From NCBI RefSeq assembly GCF_006345805.1, contig NC_043013.1, forward strand, positions 57,660,001 through 57,724,000: a stretch of 64,000 bases of DNA. Direction: 5' to 3'. Shown piece after piece: positions 37,700 through 51,069 of the stretch. The stretch comes from Octopus sinensis. Lineage: Eukaryota. How positions within the stretch are numbered: the stretch's first letter is position 1; every line of letters starts with the position of its first letter. A program made the translations under genes and the position numbers. The notes below the pieces were generated by a model, which saw only the letters and a program-made list of their open reading frames with translations, made no database searches and had not been told where the DNA came from.

Positions 37700-40600
37700 T
37701 GATTGATTGATTGATTGATTCTAGTTTCAGCTTATGAGCTGTGGCCATGCTGGGGCACCACCATTTGGTGTTGCTACTTGGTTTCACTTCATGGAGGCTT
37801 TCTAGCAGCTGCTATTTGGTGCATGAGAGAGTTCGATGCAGCTGCCCTCATCTGCCCCTCCTGCCGTTAAGTTGGTTCATCTGGGACACCTGACAGGAAG
37901 AGATCCAGCTCCATTTTAAAGACATCTGTATCCACCCCATGCAGGTCTCTCAGGTTCTTCGGGAGGATATTGAAGAGCTGTGGGCCTCGGAAGCCCAGAA
38001 TATATCAGAATCTTGTCCTACATCTTGAATGCAAGTTTGGAGTCCTAGCACCACGCAGTGGCGCCCGGTTCTGGCATTTGCGTAACTCTCGATGCCAAAG
38101 TTCAGGACACTTCCCTCCAGGATTTTCCAGATGTATATTATGGCATATCTTTCCCGCCTACGCTCCAGGGAATATAACTTTAATCTCTTGAGTCTTTCCC
38201 AGTAGCTTACATTCTGCATAGAGGCTATCTTCTTCGTGTATCTTCGTTGGATCGCCTCAAGTTCTGTGATCAACTTGACACTGGATGGTGACCAAAGCTG
38301 AGAGCAATAGTTAAAGTGGCTTAGGACAAGTGTCTTCCAGAGGACCATCATGGTTTCTTGTTCTATTGTTCTAAAGGTTCTAAGAATCCATCCAGCCAGC
38401 CGTCTGCATTTCATTGTCAGTTTAGCAACATGTACATGAAAGGTCGCGTCATCACTCATGTGAATACCCAGGTCACGCACTGATTGTGCCTCTGGGATTG
38501 CAATCCCTCCGGGTCCAGTATATTCCTTGGGTATTACATTCAGTTTTGCATGCTGATAGTATAAAGCTTGAAACTTTCCAGCATTGAACTGCATGCTATT
38601 CTTTTCAGCCCACTTGTATATTTCGTCCAGCTCATATTGCAGGTGTTTAGTGTCTTCAGGGTTCTGTATTGCCTGTGAAACTTTTGTATCATCTGCATAC
38701 CTTATGATCGTGGCTCTCCGCGTGTCTGAGGGCATGTCTGAGAGGGCCATTATGAACAGTAGTGGTCCCAAAACAGTGCCCTGTGGAACACCGTTCACTA
38801 TTTGCGTGCTAATGGAAGTGGCCCCATTGGCTACTACCACCTGACTTCTATTCTTCAGAAAGTCGTGAAGCCATTCTCCTAGTTTTCCAACTATGCCAAG
38901 ATCACGCAGTTTGTGACATATCATTCCATGATCGACTTTATCGAAGGCCTTTGCGAATTCGAGATATATGACTTCCACATTTGAGTGGTTGAGCAGTTGT
39001 TTCAGCACCCAGTCATAGTGCTGCAGGAGCTGAGTTAAGCAGCTTCTTCCTGGTCGGAAACCATGTTGGGTGTCAAGCAGCACGTCATTTTCTTCAAGGA
39101 AGGTGATTAGTTTCCTTCTGACTATTCGTTCCATGACCTTGCTGATGTGTGAGGTCAGAGAGATAGGTCTGTAGTTCTTGGCCTCCGCTCTGCTACCTCC
39201 TTTATGAATAGGGCATATTTTACCTTCCTTCAGTTTTCTTGGAAGTTTGCCAGCTGCAAGGAAGCTCTGAAAGAGGAACTGCAGTGGTCTTGCAAAGACT
39301 CTCTTACATACTTTTAGGAGGATTGCCGGGAATCCATCTGGGCCAATAGCTGAGTCTATTTTCATTTCATCTATAGCCTTTATTACATCGTCTTCCTTTA
39401 TATCGATGTAATTTATCGTCGCCGCCTCTGATTCTATATCTGCAGTGGTAAAGAAGTCAGTTGGATTGTTGATTTGGAAATGCCCAAGGGGTGGAGTGAA
39501 AACACTCTTGAATTGTTCATTCAGTATTTCACTTACCCTCATTGGTTTTCCTGTGAGTGTGCCATCCTTTTCAAGGAGTGGCCCTATCCTACAGTGCACC
39601 GTAGCTGTTTCTTTGGCATACCTGTAGAAAGCTCTGGGGTTAGTTTTTATGTTGTCTATAGCCCAGGCTTCTTTGTCTGCTCTTTCCTTCTCATGGGAGA
39701 GTTGCAGACAATTTTCAATTTCCAATAGTTTTACTTTCAGGCGGGACTTTTCACTGCTTTCAATTTGTTTGTTTAGGCGATTTGAAATTTTTGTACGCCG
39801 TCTCATTAAAATTTTCCTCTCTCTGGGGATTTTGTTCTTGTGTACATTGGCCTTTCTCTCTGGGACACATTTGTAACATATGGCTTGCATTACAGACATG
39901 AATTGTTGAAGTATCATGTCGATGTCCGGCGAGGAGAGACATTCAGGCCAGTTTTGTTTGAGGATCTCTTTCTCAATTTGTTTCCAGTTTGCCTTATTGA
40001 AGTTCAAGCTGGAAAGATTCTGAGGGTTTCTTGTAGGCTGCATGTCCGTGCTCTCTTTTGGCCCGTACATGGTCAGCTCTACCATGTTGTGATCCGAGAG
40101 TAGTGTCGGTGTCACTTTCACATTATGGATGAGATCCATATTATTTGTGAAGCAGAGATCCAGTGTGTTACCTGCTCCGGTTGGTTGGAGTATTACTTGC
40201 TCCATGTACAGGGTGTTGATGAGGTTCAGGAGGGACCTCGCCTGTCCTCGTTCACATCTTGTCATTCCTGGGAGAGAAAGGCCCTCGGGCCATCTGACAT
40301 TCGGTAGATTGAAGTCTCCCATGAGAAGTACACTTATGTATTGTTCTAATGTGATTAGAACTTCTATTTTTAAAAGGCAGTCTTGATTGCATGCGACAAA
40401 GTCTCTCAGGAACGGGACTTTGTCCTGTTATGTGTGTTAGTAGTCCTCTGATGTTCGTGGAGCATCGAGGTGAGGTGCATGCTGCTGCCGGCGGGTGTCC
40501 ACCCTGGGTCATCTGCTGTGGCGGTCTTGTGAACCGTGGGCAGTTCCATCTGCGAGCCTGAGCCTGATGGAGCCAGGTTAGCTGCTGTACAATCTTTTGT

Positions 40601-40992
40601 GCCATGCACAAAAAAGATTCCTGCTCAGCAGCTGCCCTTTCAACAACACGTTGGTGGTTTGTGGTACGCACCACATCTGCGTACCTCCGTTTTGGGGCAG
40701 GTGATGCGTGGTCCATCCCATTTCCTTTCGGTGGTTGGTTTCTGTGGCAGGGTCCCGGATGTGCAAAGCGGCAGCCTGCACCTTCCTCTCCATGCCGGCA
40801 GGCACCTTTCAGGTAGAACCTACATACCCGTGTGCGCTGCTTGTTTCCATCCTTTTTGGCATATGGATAGTTAGGTTTGCCTCTGTCCCTGGCTGCCTTG
40901 CCCCTTGGCTTTGCCTATGTTTTAGCTTCAGTTTTTCTTTCTTTTTTGGTTTTTTCATCTCCATGTCCATGGCTTTTGGTGCTGGTAGGAGC
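37700..40992 (-). mobile_element. CR1-group LINE, subfamily 2, with ORF1 remnant and decayed ORF2
   Basis: ORF 37950-40322: [46 protein letters not shown]. Upstream NIRGL start of APE. ORF1 remnant with [22 protein letters not shown] (40759-40824). Tail (ATCA)n at 37700. Confidence 0.95.
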
Positions 40993-41013
40993 ATATATGT
41001 ATATATATATATG

Positions 41014-41050
<37 letters not shown>

Positions 41051-41051
41051 G

Positions 41052-41082
<31 letters not shown>

Positions 41083-41213
41083 ATATATGTATATATATAT
41101 ATGTATGTATATATATGTATATATATATATATGTATGTATATATATGTATATATATATGTATGTATATGTATGTATGTATATGTATGTATATATATGTAT
41201 ATGTATATATATG

Positions 41214-41250
<37 letters not shown>

Positions 41251-41310
41251 GTATATATATGTATGTATATATATGTATATATATGTATGTATATATATGT
41301 ATATATATGT
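40993..41310. repeat. (TA)n/(TATG)n microsatellite
   Basis: Visible directly. Confidence 0.95.
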
Positions 41311-41430
41311 ATAGTTGTGTACAGAAATTCGGGGTGAGTACTTGATAATTATAAGCACATGTGTATACCGTTTGGTGGTGTAGGTGGTGGAGTAAATTGA
41401 TCAAAATAAAAACATGATGTCAAGGATTCA

Positions 41431-41502
41431 GCAGTACATATGTTTCGGGCCTTTATTAGACAGATTTATAACAAAGGTATGTCTGTGGCCTTCTTCAGCC
41501 GC
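41431..41502 (-). ncRNA. Type I hammerhead ribozyme motif, left arm
   Basis: Minus strand: GCGG-CUGAAGA-AGGCC...GGCCC-GAAA-C-AUAU-GUA^-CUGC. Confidence 0.75.
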
Positions 41503-41722
41503 GCACAACCGCTTCCACAAGGACATGTGTTACATCAAAAATTCTTGGTTGGGGATGCAAATCCTCTCATTCGCGTACGACATAATGCGGCAACAGCATA
41601 GAATTGAAGCGTCCATCTCTTTCTTATACTGTTGCCGCATTATGTCGTACGCGAATGAGAGGATTTGCATCCCCAACCAAGAATTTTTGATGTAACACAT
41701 GTCCTTGTGGAAGCGGTTGTGC

Positions 41723-41800
41723 GCGGCTGAAGAAGGCCACAGACATACATTATGCATTGTTATAAATCTGTCTAATAAAGGCCCGAAACATATGTACCGG
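41723..41800 (+). ncRNA. Type I hammerhead ribozyme motif, right arm
   Basis: gcgg-CTGAAGA(41727-33)-AGGCC...GGCCC-GAAA(41785-88)-C-ATAT-GTA^(41796)-ccgg. Confidence 0.75.
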
Positions 41801-41850
41801 TGAATCCTTGGCATCATGTTTTTATTTTGATCAATTTACTACACCACCTA

Positions 41851-42071
41851 TATGTATGTATATATATATATATGTATGTATATATATATATATATGTATG
41901 TATATATATATATGTATGTATGTATATATATATATGTATGTATATATATATATATATGTATGTATGTATTATATATATATATGTATGTATGTATATATAT
42001 ATATATATGTATGTATGTACGTATGTATATATGTATGTATGTATATATATATGTATATATGTATGTATATG

Positions 42072-42104
<33 letters not shown>

Positions 42105-42209
42105 GTATGTATGTATGTATGTATATGTATGTATGTATATGTATGTATGTATGTGTATGTATGTATGTGTATGTATGTATATGTATGTATATATGTATGT
42201 ATATGTCTG

Positions 42210-42256
<47 letters not shown>

Positions 42257-42271
42257 TTATGTATATGTCTG

Positions 42272-42330
<59 letters not shown>

Positions 42331-42509
42331 GTATATATATATATGTATGTATGTATGTATGTATATGTATGTATGTATATATATATATGTATGTATGTGT
42401 ATATGTATGTATGTATATGTATGTATGTATGTATATGTATGTATGTATATATATATATATGTATGTATGTGTATATGTATGTATGTATATGTATGTATGT
42501 ATGTATATG

Positions 42510-42548
<39 letters not shown>

Positions 42549-43298
42549 GTATACGCATGTATGTATATGTATGTATATATATGTATTTCTGTATATGCAT
42601 GTATGTATATGTATGTATGTATATGTATATATGTATATGTATGTATATATGTATGTATATATATGTATGTATGTATATATAAATATCTATGTATGTATAT
42701 ATAAATATGTATGTATATATAAATATGCATGTATATACATGTATGTATATATGTATATATATATATAATATGTATGTATATATAAGTATGTATGTATATA
42801 TATGTATGTATGTATATATGTGTGTATATATGTATGTATATGTATGTATATATGTATATGTATGTAACTATGTATGTATATATATGTATGTATGTATATA
42901 TGTATGTATGTATATATGTATGTATGTATATATGTATGTATGTATGTATATGTATGTATGTATATGTATGTATGTATATGTATGTATGTATATGTATGTA
43001 TGTATATATGTATGTATGTATATATGTATGTATATATATGTATGTATGTATATGTATGCATGTATGTATATATAAATATGTATATATATGTATGTATATA
43101 TAAATATGTATATATATGTATGTATGTATATATATGTATGTATGTATATATATGTATGTATGTATATATAAATATGTATGTATATATATGTATGTATGTA
43201 TGAATGTATATATGTATGTATGTATATATGTATGTATGTATATATGTATGTATGTATATATGTATGTATGTATATATATGTATGTATGTATATATATG

Positions 43299-43329
<31 letters not shown>

Positions 43330-43400
43330 GTATGTATATTTTTATGTGTGCGTGTATGTATGAATGTGTGCCTGTACGTATGTGTGTATGTATATATTTA
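41851..43400. repeat. (TATG)n/(TA)n microsatellite, about 1.5 kb
   Basis: Visible directly. Confidence 0.95.
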
Positions 43401-45432
43401 AGTCTTTCTTCTTTTCAAGAAGGTGTTGGTTTCCAATAAAGATACAAAGCTGCATCGTTGGAATGTAGAGTAATCGATACCATATTGTATATATTCGTCT
43501 CGGTACCAGTAGCATTCTTTGTATGGGACAGGAGATATAGTGTTACAGGTTATCTGGGAGACTGGGTTTCTCTCTTCAACATTTAAATGCATGTCAATAT
43601 TTAGTTTTATTTCAAATTTTCTTCTGAATAAAGAGCCGGTCTCTAACCTAGATTCAAGCTTCGTTATTGAAATTTCAACATGAAGATATTTTTGTATGTA
43701 TATGTGCAGATTTGTTTGTTTTGCTTTTATGTATGTATTCTCATGTATATTGTTGAATGTCTATAAATGGTCATATATAATTTAATGATAAACTTCTGGA
43801 AGGTAGTACAGATCTTTACAGTACCAGTGATGGTTTGGATCTGCAGTCTTCGAATCAGCTTTCTCCTTTTTTTGTTTTGAGAAGTCTAAATTCTCAAGAT
43901 TAGTATTTAGGCAGTGTTACATATCCCAGTGTCCCAATAATTACAGGTATAACCTGAACTTGTTATGTGTATGTAAGTACAAAGTATTGTTACTTTACTC
44001 TTGTAGGTATGTGTAATGAACAAACGTAATAATGGTGTGATTGGATAACTGCTTCTATGATTAAATAAACACTTCCGAATTCCTGTTACTTGTAACATCC
44101 TTATCCCCATTGTAGCTTTCCTTTTCTTTCTCTCCATCTCTCCTTTATTTCTTTCATTTCTTCATTTCATCAATTTCCTGTTTTTCCATTCAGTTTTTGT
44201 TCTGGTTTCATCGCCTGTTTTATTTTACAGTTCAAATATTACCTGAAGAAATATCCCTTGTTTAAAGATTATGCTGGTGATTTAACATTCTAATAACAAT
44301 GAATTTATATAGAGATCTGATTAATTCGTTGATTCAATAAAAGCTATGACACTAAGGCGCCGGTGACTTTAGGATGCTCTACATTCGTCAGATGTTCAGT
44401 ATATCTTGTAGTGATATAATTTTAAATTATTTTCACAACGGTTTCCATAAACCCGTGACAGGGACTCAATGATGTTGAATATAAAAAGTACTATAGAAAT
44501 AAACATTTATATTAGAAATAGTTAATTGGCTCAAACAGTTGGCATGTTTTTTTGCAATATTTTACATGTATTCTGGCAGAAAATGAACTCTGTTTACATC
44601 TGTAAGATTCCGATTGTAATAAATGGAATTTCTAAAGATCATTTGCAGCAAACTCGTTACAGAATAACTTCAGTTCTCTCTGCCAACAGCACCGCCAGAC
44701 CCGGTCACCAGTCCTGCTAAACAGTAGCAACTAATTTACCCTCAAATCACTTATAAAGATCAGAATGCATTGTCAAAAAAAAAAGACAATTTCAACGCCC
44801 ATTGCAAGAAAAATTAAAGCAAGACAAGCTCTGACGGAACAAATACACTGGGATCAGTCCAATGGAGTTTAGTGACACTTTGCTCTACTAAATCTGGCTC
44901 TAATGTAAGTACAGCACATATAACTAGCTCTAAAATATAACAGGTGTATTTCGTGATTTCGAATCAATGGATATACAGAAGTAGTTATTTAAATTGTCAC
45001 AAGCAATTTATTATAAATACTTTTTCAGATTCTCAAACTACAGCCAAATTCAGTCAGAATCCTAAGCTACGAGAATTAAATATAAAATATAAAAACCTGT
45101 ACAATCAACAGTTACTTCATTGCTTCTATCAATGTAAGACTTAATGAACAGATTCCTATAGCAAAATTTCAATAATATTGCAATATATGAATTAAATTTC
45201 CTAATTTAATCATTTTAACATTTGTTTCCGAAAAATCGAAAATTACATATTTTCATATTTCAATTCACTTCTTTGAAATGATTTTCGTTTTATTTAGGGA
45301 TATTTTATTAACATGAAATATTACAAATTTTACTTACTTTCAAGTTGCTTTGTAATTTTTATTAAATTGTACCTTACTGGATTGCACTCGTTGGCCTGCA
45401 ATATACATGCATACATGTATATATAAATGTAC

Positions 45433-45513
<81 letters not shown>

Positions 45514-45763
45514 TATATATATATACACACGTATATGTGTGTGAGTGCGTATGCATATATACATGTACATATATATAAATACATATACACGTACATCTAT
45601 ATATAAATACAAACACATATACATATATATTATATACGTCCATTTATATATGCATATCTATATGTACGTATATCAATATATATATATGTATATATATATT
45701 GGTATGTAGGTAGGTAGGTAGGTAGGCACTTCTACATATACATAAATATATACACGTACATCA

Positions 45764-45800
<37 letters not shown>

Positions 45801-46512
45801 TTTGTATACTTTTATGTCGTTAATCGTTAGATTAATTCAAATTTTCTTGAACTCCATACAAAAAATATTTTCTAAAAGCCAACAAGAAACATAATAGTCA
45901 TGCAATTTATTATAAATAGCAACGTCAAATCCATGCAATTAAAAGCTACGAGATTACAATGGGGACAAAGATCTGAATAATTCATTCCAGTTTGCGCACT
46001 GCTACTGATACGAAGGGCGCGTTTGTAACGTGGAGAGCGCCAACCTAAATATTTTATATTAGCAACATTGTAAATAATATGCTGAACAACTCATTTGCAA
46101 ACGTGTGTATCTGTGTGTATGTCTGTGTGCGTGTATATATATATATATATAATGTGTATGCGTGCGTGCAGTATCGTATATGTGTAGTTAGGTAGGTAGT
46201 TAGGTAGGTATAAATTGCTTGAAGTGGTGTTCAGATTATATATATATATTAAGTGACAGAAAACACAAAGAAAAAAGGAAGGAGAAAGAAAGAAAAGGTC
46301 TCTCTCTCGGTTGGTTGAAATTGTATTGTATTCGTATGGTCGGTTTTCATGCTACCCAAAGGCGTCTTTGCCTGGTATGGTTAGACTTAACTAATTAAGA
46401 CGTCAATTTCTTTACCTTATCCTGTCTGTCCGTCTGTCTACATGGCTTCTTCAACTTCTGTGTATTTATCTTTATACATACATACTTACATATATATATA
46501 TATATATAATAT

Positions 46513-46581
<69 letters not shown>

Positions 46582-46603
46582 TACATATATACACACACAC
46601 ACA

Positions 46604-46775
46604 CAGGGTGGGCCAAAAGTCACCCGGCAGTAAATCAAAATGCCATAAATACTTAATATTCAATTTTATTTATTCGTTCAAATTATGAATATTTAACTCA
46701 CATAAAATCATTTTTTAAATCTTAGAATTAAATGCGTTTTGACTTACTCGCATATGACTTTTGGCTAACTTTATA
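46604..46775. mobile_element. Tc1/mariner-type MITE, about 170 bp
   Basis: cagggtgggccaaaagtca at the left end and tgacttttggctaactt-ta at the right end (degenerate TIR). Confidence 0.6.
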
Positions 46776-46804
46776 TCTATTGGACCGTTGATCCCAAAGT
46801 AATT

Positions 46805-46940
46805 TTTTCTCTCTCCATAGTTTCCGTTGAAGAGCGTAGGCTCGAAACGTCAAACAGTTTTCCATTCTTCACAAGTGTTAAACGAATACACCTGCTTGTT
46901 TCTTCAACTGTCTTCGTCTTTTTTATATAAATTTGAACTA
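46805..46940 (+). mobile_element. Penelope pLTR-type short repeat with minimal hammerhead-like motif (46820-46855)
   Basis: gttt-CCGTTGA-A-GAGC-gtag-GCTC-GAAA-CGTC^-aaac; same family as 51070-51235. Confidence 0.6.
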
Positions 46941-46980
46941 CACACACATATATATATATATATTACAGACAAACTTGTTT

Positions 46981-47266
46981 GTTACGACGACGATGTTTCC
47001 AATTGATTCGGTCAACAGAGCAGCCAACTCATGAAATTGATGTACAAGTGGCTGAGCACTCCACAGGCACGCGTACACTTAACGTAGAACGAATCACCGT
47101 GACACTAAGTGTGAAAATGTTGGCCCTTTGAGATACAGGTACTACTTCGGTTGTTCAGTGGACTACAACATTGTGAAATAAAGTGACTTGCTCAAAAACA
47201 TGATGTGCAGACGAAAATAAAAATCCTGACCTTACGATCTAATGCACTGCGCCACGTGACATCACG
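46981..47266 (-). mobile_element. SINE-like repeat, family C
   Basis: Central block ttgagcaagtcactttatttcac...gtccact shared with 55690-55920. Confidence 0.55.
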
Positions 47267-47278
47267 TGAATATATATA

Positions 47279-47972
47279 ACCTTGATCACCTTGATCGACC
47301 AGTCGTCTTTGGATCGTGCCTTCCTCATCCACGTGATCCCAATCGCCCTCCTGAAATCGTAATTCCACCGTTATGGAGGCCTTCCGAGTGGTCGTTTCCA
47401 CTCGCGCGGGCACCCCTCAAATGCGCGGGTCCACCGATTACCGGTGATCCGGGCAACGTGTTCAGCCCATCTATACTTACTGCGTGTATATTCTACGATG
47501 ACATCTCTCACACCGGACTTCTGTCTGATGATCTCTCTACTGATGTACTCTCTCAACGAGATTCCAAGCATTGACCTCTCCATGGCTTCTTGAGCCATTA
47601 CCAATCTCTGTTCTTCTCTCTTTGTTGTAGCCCATTGTGCGATTGATGAGGTTGGCGCGGGTGGTCCTGTCCAACCTTCTCTTGGGCACATCCCTTATGC
47701 CATTGAACGCCTCCATCCGGTCCTTACTCTCCGCGAGATCTCCTTTTCGCTGTTTCGGCACATATTCAATTCCTGTCCCAGGTAGACATATTCCTTTACC
47801 TCCTCTATTTCATCAATGCCGACCACCATTCGACCTGTTGGTGCGTTGTCTGACTTCATGAACTTCGTTTTCTTGCGGTTCATCTTGAGACCTACTACAG
47901 AGCTTTTGATGTCGAGCTCCGTCAGCATGGTCTGAAGCTGATCCATGGTTTCAGCGATGATTACAATGTAAT
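47279..47972 (-). mobile_element. RTE-clade LINE, 3' fragment, decayed
   Basis: IVIIAETMDQLQTML...VGLKMNRKKTK...EYVYLGQE; AQEAMERSMLGISLR; RWAEHVAR; KRPLGRPP; tail (accttgatc)2 at 47279-47296. Confidence 0.88.
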
Positions 47973-47977
47973 AAATA

Positions 47978-48009
<32 letters not shown>

Positions 48010-48011
<2 letters not shown>

Positions 48012-48200
48012 TTCCGTCATTTTTGACTGAAGTCATGCTGTGACACCATGTCGAAACAAATCGACCCTTAGACTTCTTTTTTAAAGCCTGGTACTTATTA
48101 TCTCGGTCCCTTTTGCCGACCCGCTATGTTATGTGGACGTCAACACAGCAACACCGGTCTTGAAACCGTGGTGAAGGACAGAAACAGAGATAAAGACATA
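48010..48200 (-). mobile_element. SINE family B, 3' half
   Basis: aaagcctggtacttatt...ttttgccgacccgcta...caacaccggt matches 8180-8340 and 21167-21360. Confidence 0.75.
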
Positions 48201-49094
48201 CAGATATGTACGTATCTACATATGCATGCATACAGATACATATATACATATATATTTATGTATGTATATATATATGTGTGTGTATACACATACGCCTATA
48301 TATCTATGTCTATATGTATCATATACTTATGTACATTTGTATGCGTATCACCTTCAGAATAATATTACAATTCTGAATAATTTGAAAGATTGTTAAACTG
48401 CTTTCTTTAAAACCAGACAAAATAGCAGACAGAAAACATGGTGTCTTTATGTGGTCTTGCGACCTGTTAAAAATATTTGCAAAATTCTCCTTTATATTGC
48501 ATTTCGTGTAATCATGAAGCAGTAAACCTATTTGTTAATGTATTGTCACAAATGCAATATCGGAAAAACAATACAGGATTGAGAAAGCAAATGATGAGAT
48601 GTTTGCGTTCATGGCTGACCTGGACCTAAACAACATCATCGAAATATTCATCTTAATCTCAATATAGACTGAAGTCATTTTCCCTGAATATCTTCTGAAA
48701 TACAAACGAATACATAAATATGTACAACTCAGCAGACTAATTCAAGTAACTGCCTGCGCTTCCTGTAGTTCAGATTTAAATTTTCACCTGCACTTTATAA
48801 TCCAATTTTCTTTAACTTAGCCAGAATTACTACTTTTCTGTCGCTGCAGGTAGAGATTTGTCAAATTTCTTATAATTATTGCAGACCAGTTTTATTTTCA
48901 TTTTTTTTTCTGTCTCTGTATAGCGAGGGCTCCAGTTTAAGACTATACCTTAAACTAAACTGGCTTTTGCCAAAAGTCAAAGAATTTAGACTTAGTAAAG
49001 AGATAACATGAAAAAAGTAATCTTAAAAATCGTAAATCTATTTTTATCTTGTGTAATCTGTGTGCTTGGAAACATTTTGGGTTTTTTTTTTCAT

Positions 49095-49420
49095 TGGTAA
49101 TGATGATGAAGATGACAATTACGATGATAATGATGAGGATGGAGATGGTTAAGATGCTAACGGTGAAGATGGTAATGATGATGATGATGATGACGATGTA
49201 GATATTTGTGAAGATGATGTGAACGATAACCATAATGATGGCTACGATATCAATAACGAAAAGCATTACAGCAATGACGATGATAAGTATGAAGATGGTG
49301 TTGTCATGGAAGGCTATGACAACACCAGTGGCAGCTGTGATGATGATTGAATAATGGCGGCAGTGACGACGGGGGCTGTAAGGATGATGAGGAAGAGGAG
49401 GAGGAATAGTGGAGGAAGGA
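49095..49420. repeat. Degenerate (GAT)n/(GAG)n low-complexity tract
   Basis: Visible directly. Confidence 0.85.
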
Positions 49421-50013
49421 GAGCAAAAAGCGCAGAATCAACAACAAATCTAAATGGAATTGTTTTGTTCAAAAAATAGATTTTAGTTGTCCAGAAAAAG
49501 AATATTTTATTTCGATTCTCTGTAAACATGAGTGCGATGATGTTGCTATTAGCTGTCAGTTTCTTAATGTTTGCAAAATATTTCCTCCAATGCAACAGAC
49601 AATGGGATATGGAGAGGTTACTTAAGTATTGTAACCTTTTAAACAGAATTATGAATGTTTTTATTAGAACTTGACAAATTGTTGTCATACTTGGCTTTAT
49701 GAGCCAAATAAACTAATTTCGCCAAATAAAAGTCTTCAATTTCGTGCACCAACTTTATATAGAAAACCATTTGTATTCACCTTATGTAAATTGTATTGTC
49801 AAAATTTTATTTCCTTCACATTAGTGGTTTTCAGAAATTGGCTGTCTTGCAACATTTACGTTCGAGACAGAGCTAAAGAATTCCTGAATATTTCTAGCAC
49901 ATTTACGGATTTATTACAAGTTAAAAGTTATTGTATATATGTATCAGACTTATATTCTTTTATATCTTGTGAGTGGATATGGTAGACGCAGATTGAAAGT
50001 AGCTCGTCTTGTA

Positions 50014-50064
<51 letters not shown>

Positions 50065-50244
50065 GTACTATTTATTACGTGATTGAACGTCGCGCATCCA
50101 ATTCCAAATAAGTTTATCTTAATAATTTTGATGAACCCTGCACTGTTCTCTCTCCCTCTCTTTCTCTAATTCTTCTCTCCCCTTCTCCCATTTCATCTTT
50201 TTCATCCTTTCTGTAATTCTTTTTCTCCACTTCAGCGTTTTCTG

Positions 50245-50311
<67 letters not shown>

Positions 50312-50815
50312 ATCCTTTACTCTCTCTCGTTGCTCACATGTGACCATCGTCCATCTTTTCCTCATGTGATCATCATTTCCTTCGGTCTGTCGAACAGACC
50401 AGACGCATTCTTATGTTTCCTCTGCTATCTTTTCTCTTGTCAAAGAATATTATTCCAGTGTTTGCTACCTTTGTTTTTGTTTGGTTTGCTGTATGTCTCC
50501 ATCGTCCTGTTTTTGTTACAAACTTTGACCCTCCGCAAATTCCAAATTTTATTTTTGTTCACGGGAGCAACTATTTTTTGAAGCCTGATATTCTCGTTAA
50601 TTGCTAGAAATATGGAATAGATGAACAACCGACAACTGATGAAGGGTCGCTCTTTATGTAACTTGTCTTGCTTTCCATTTGTTTCTCTCGTTGTTCGCAT
50701 ACCAAGTTTACCTTTGTAGTTCATGTTTTTGTAATTCGTCTTCGTATTCCATGTTTACGTTTTCTATCGTCCTCTACCCATATATGCACACACACATACA
50801 CACACACACACACAC

Positions 50816-50854
<39 letters not shown>

Positions 50855-51069
50855 CTATTATGATTAAACGCCAATCATCCATTTCAAAGTAAGTTTATAT
50901 ATATATATATACATACACATTTACACATATGTGTCTGTTTATGCAACCTTCCGGTCCGGCCTAAGAGATTAAATGCCCGCAGTCCAATGAATGAAAGAAA
51001 TGGATATTCATGTAAACATACGCACACGCGCACACAGGTGTATACACACATACGTGCGCGCGCACACAT

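Larger units (their letters stand above)
41381..41850. repeat. 470-bp near-perfect palindrome (arms 41381-41600 and 41625-41850, 24-nt loop)
   Basis: The arms are reverse complements with a handful of substitutions and one 6-nt indel. Confidence 0.96.

Noticed and set aside
27214-43439. Dozens of long Y/I/M/C/V/H/T-rich ORFs
   Set aside because: They are translations of (TA)n/(TATG)n microsatellites, which lack stop codons by composition.
43415-43900. Short open stretches that look like exons
   Set aside because: No homology I can recognise and inconsistent splice sites.
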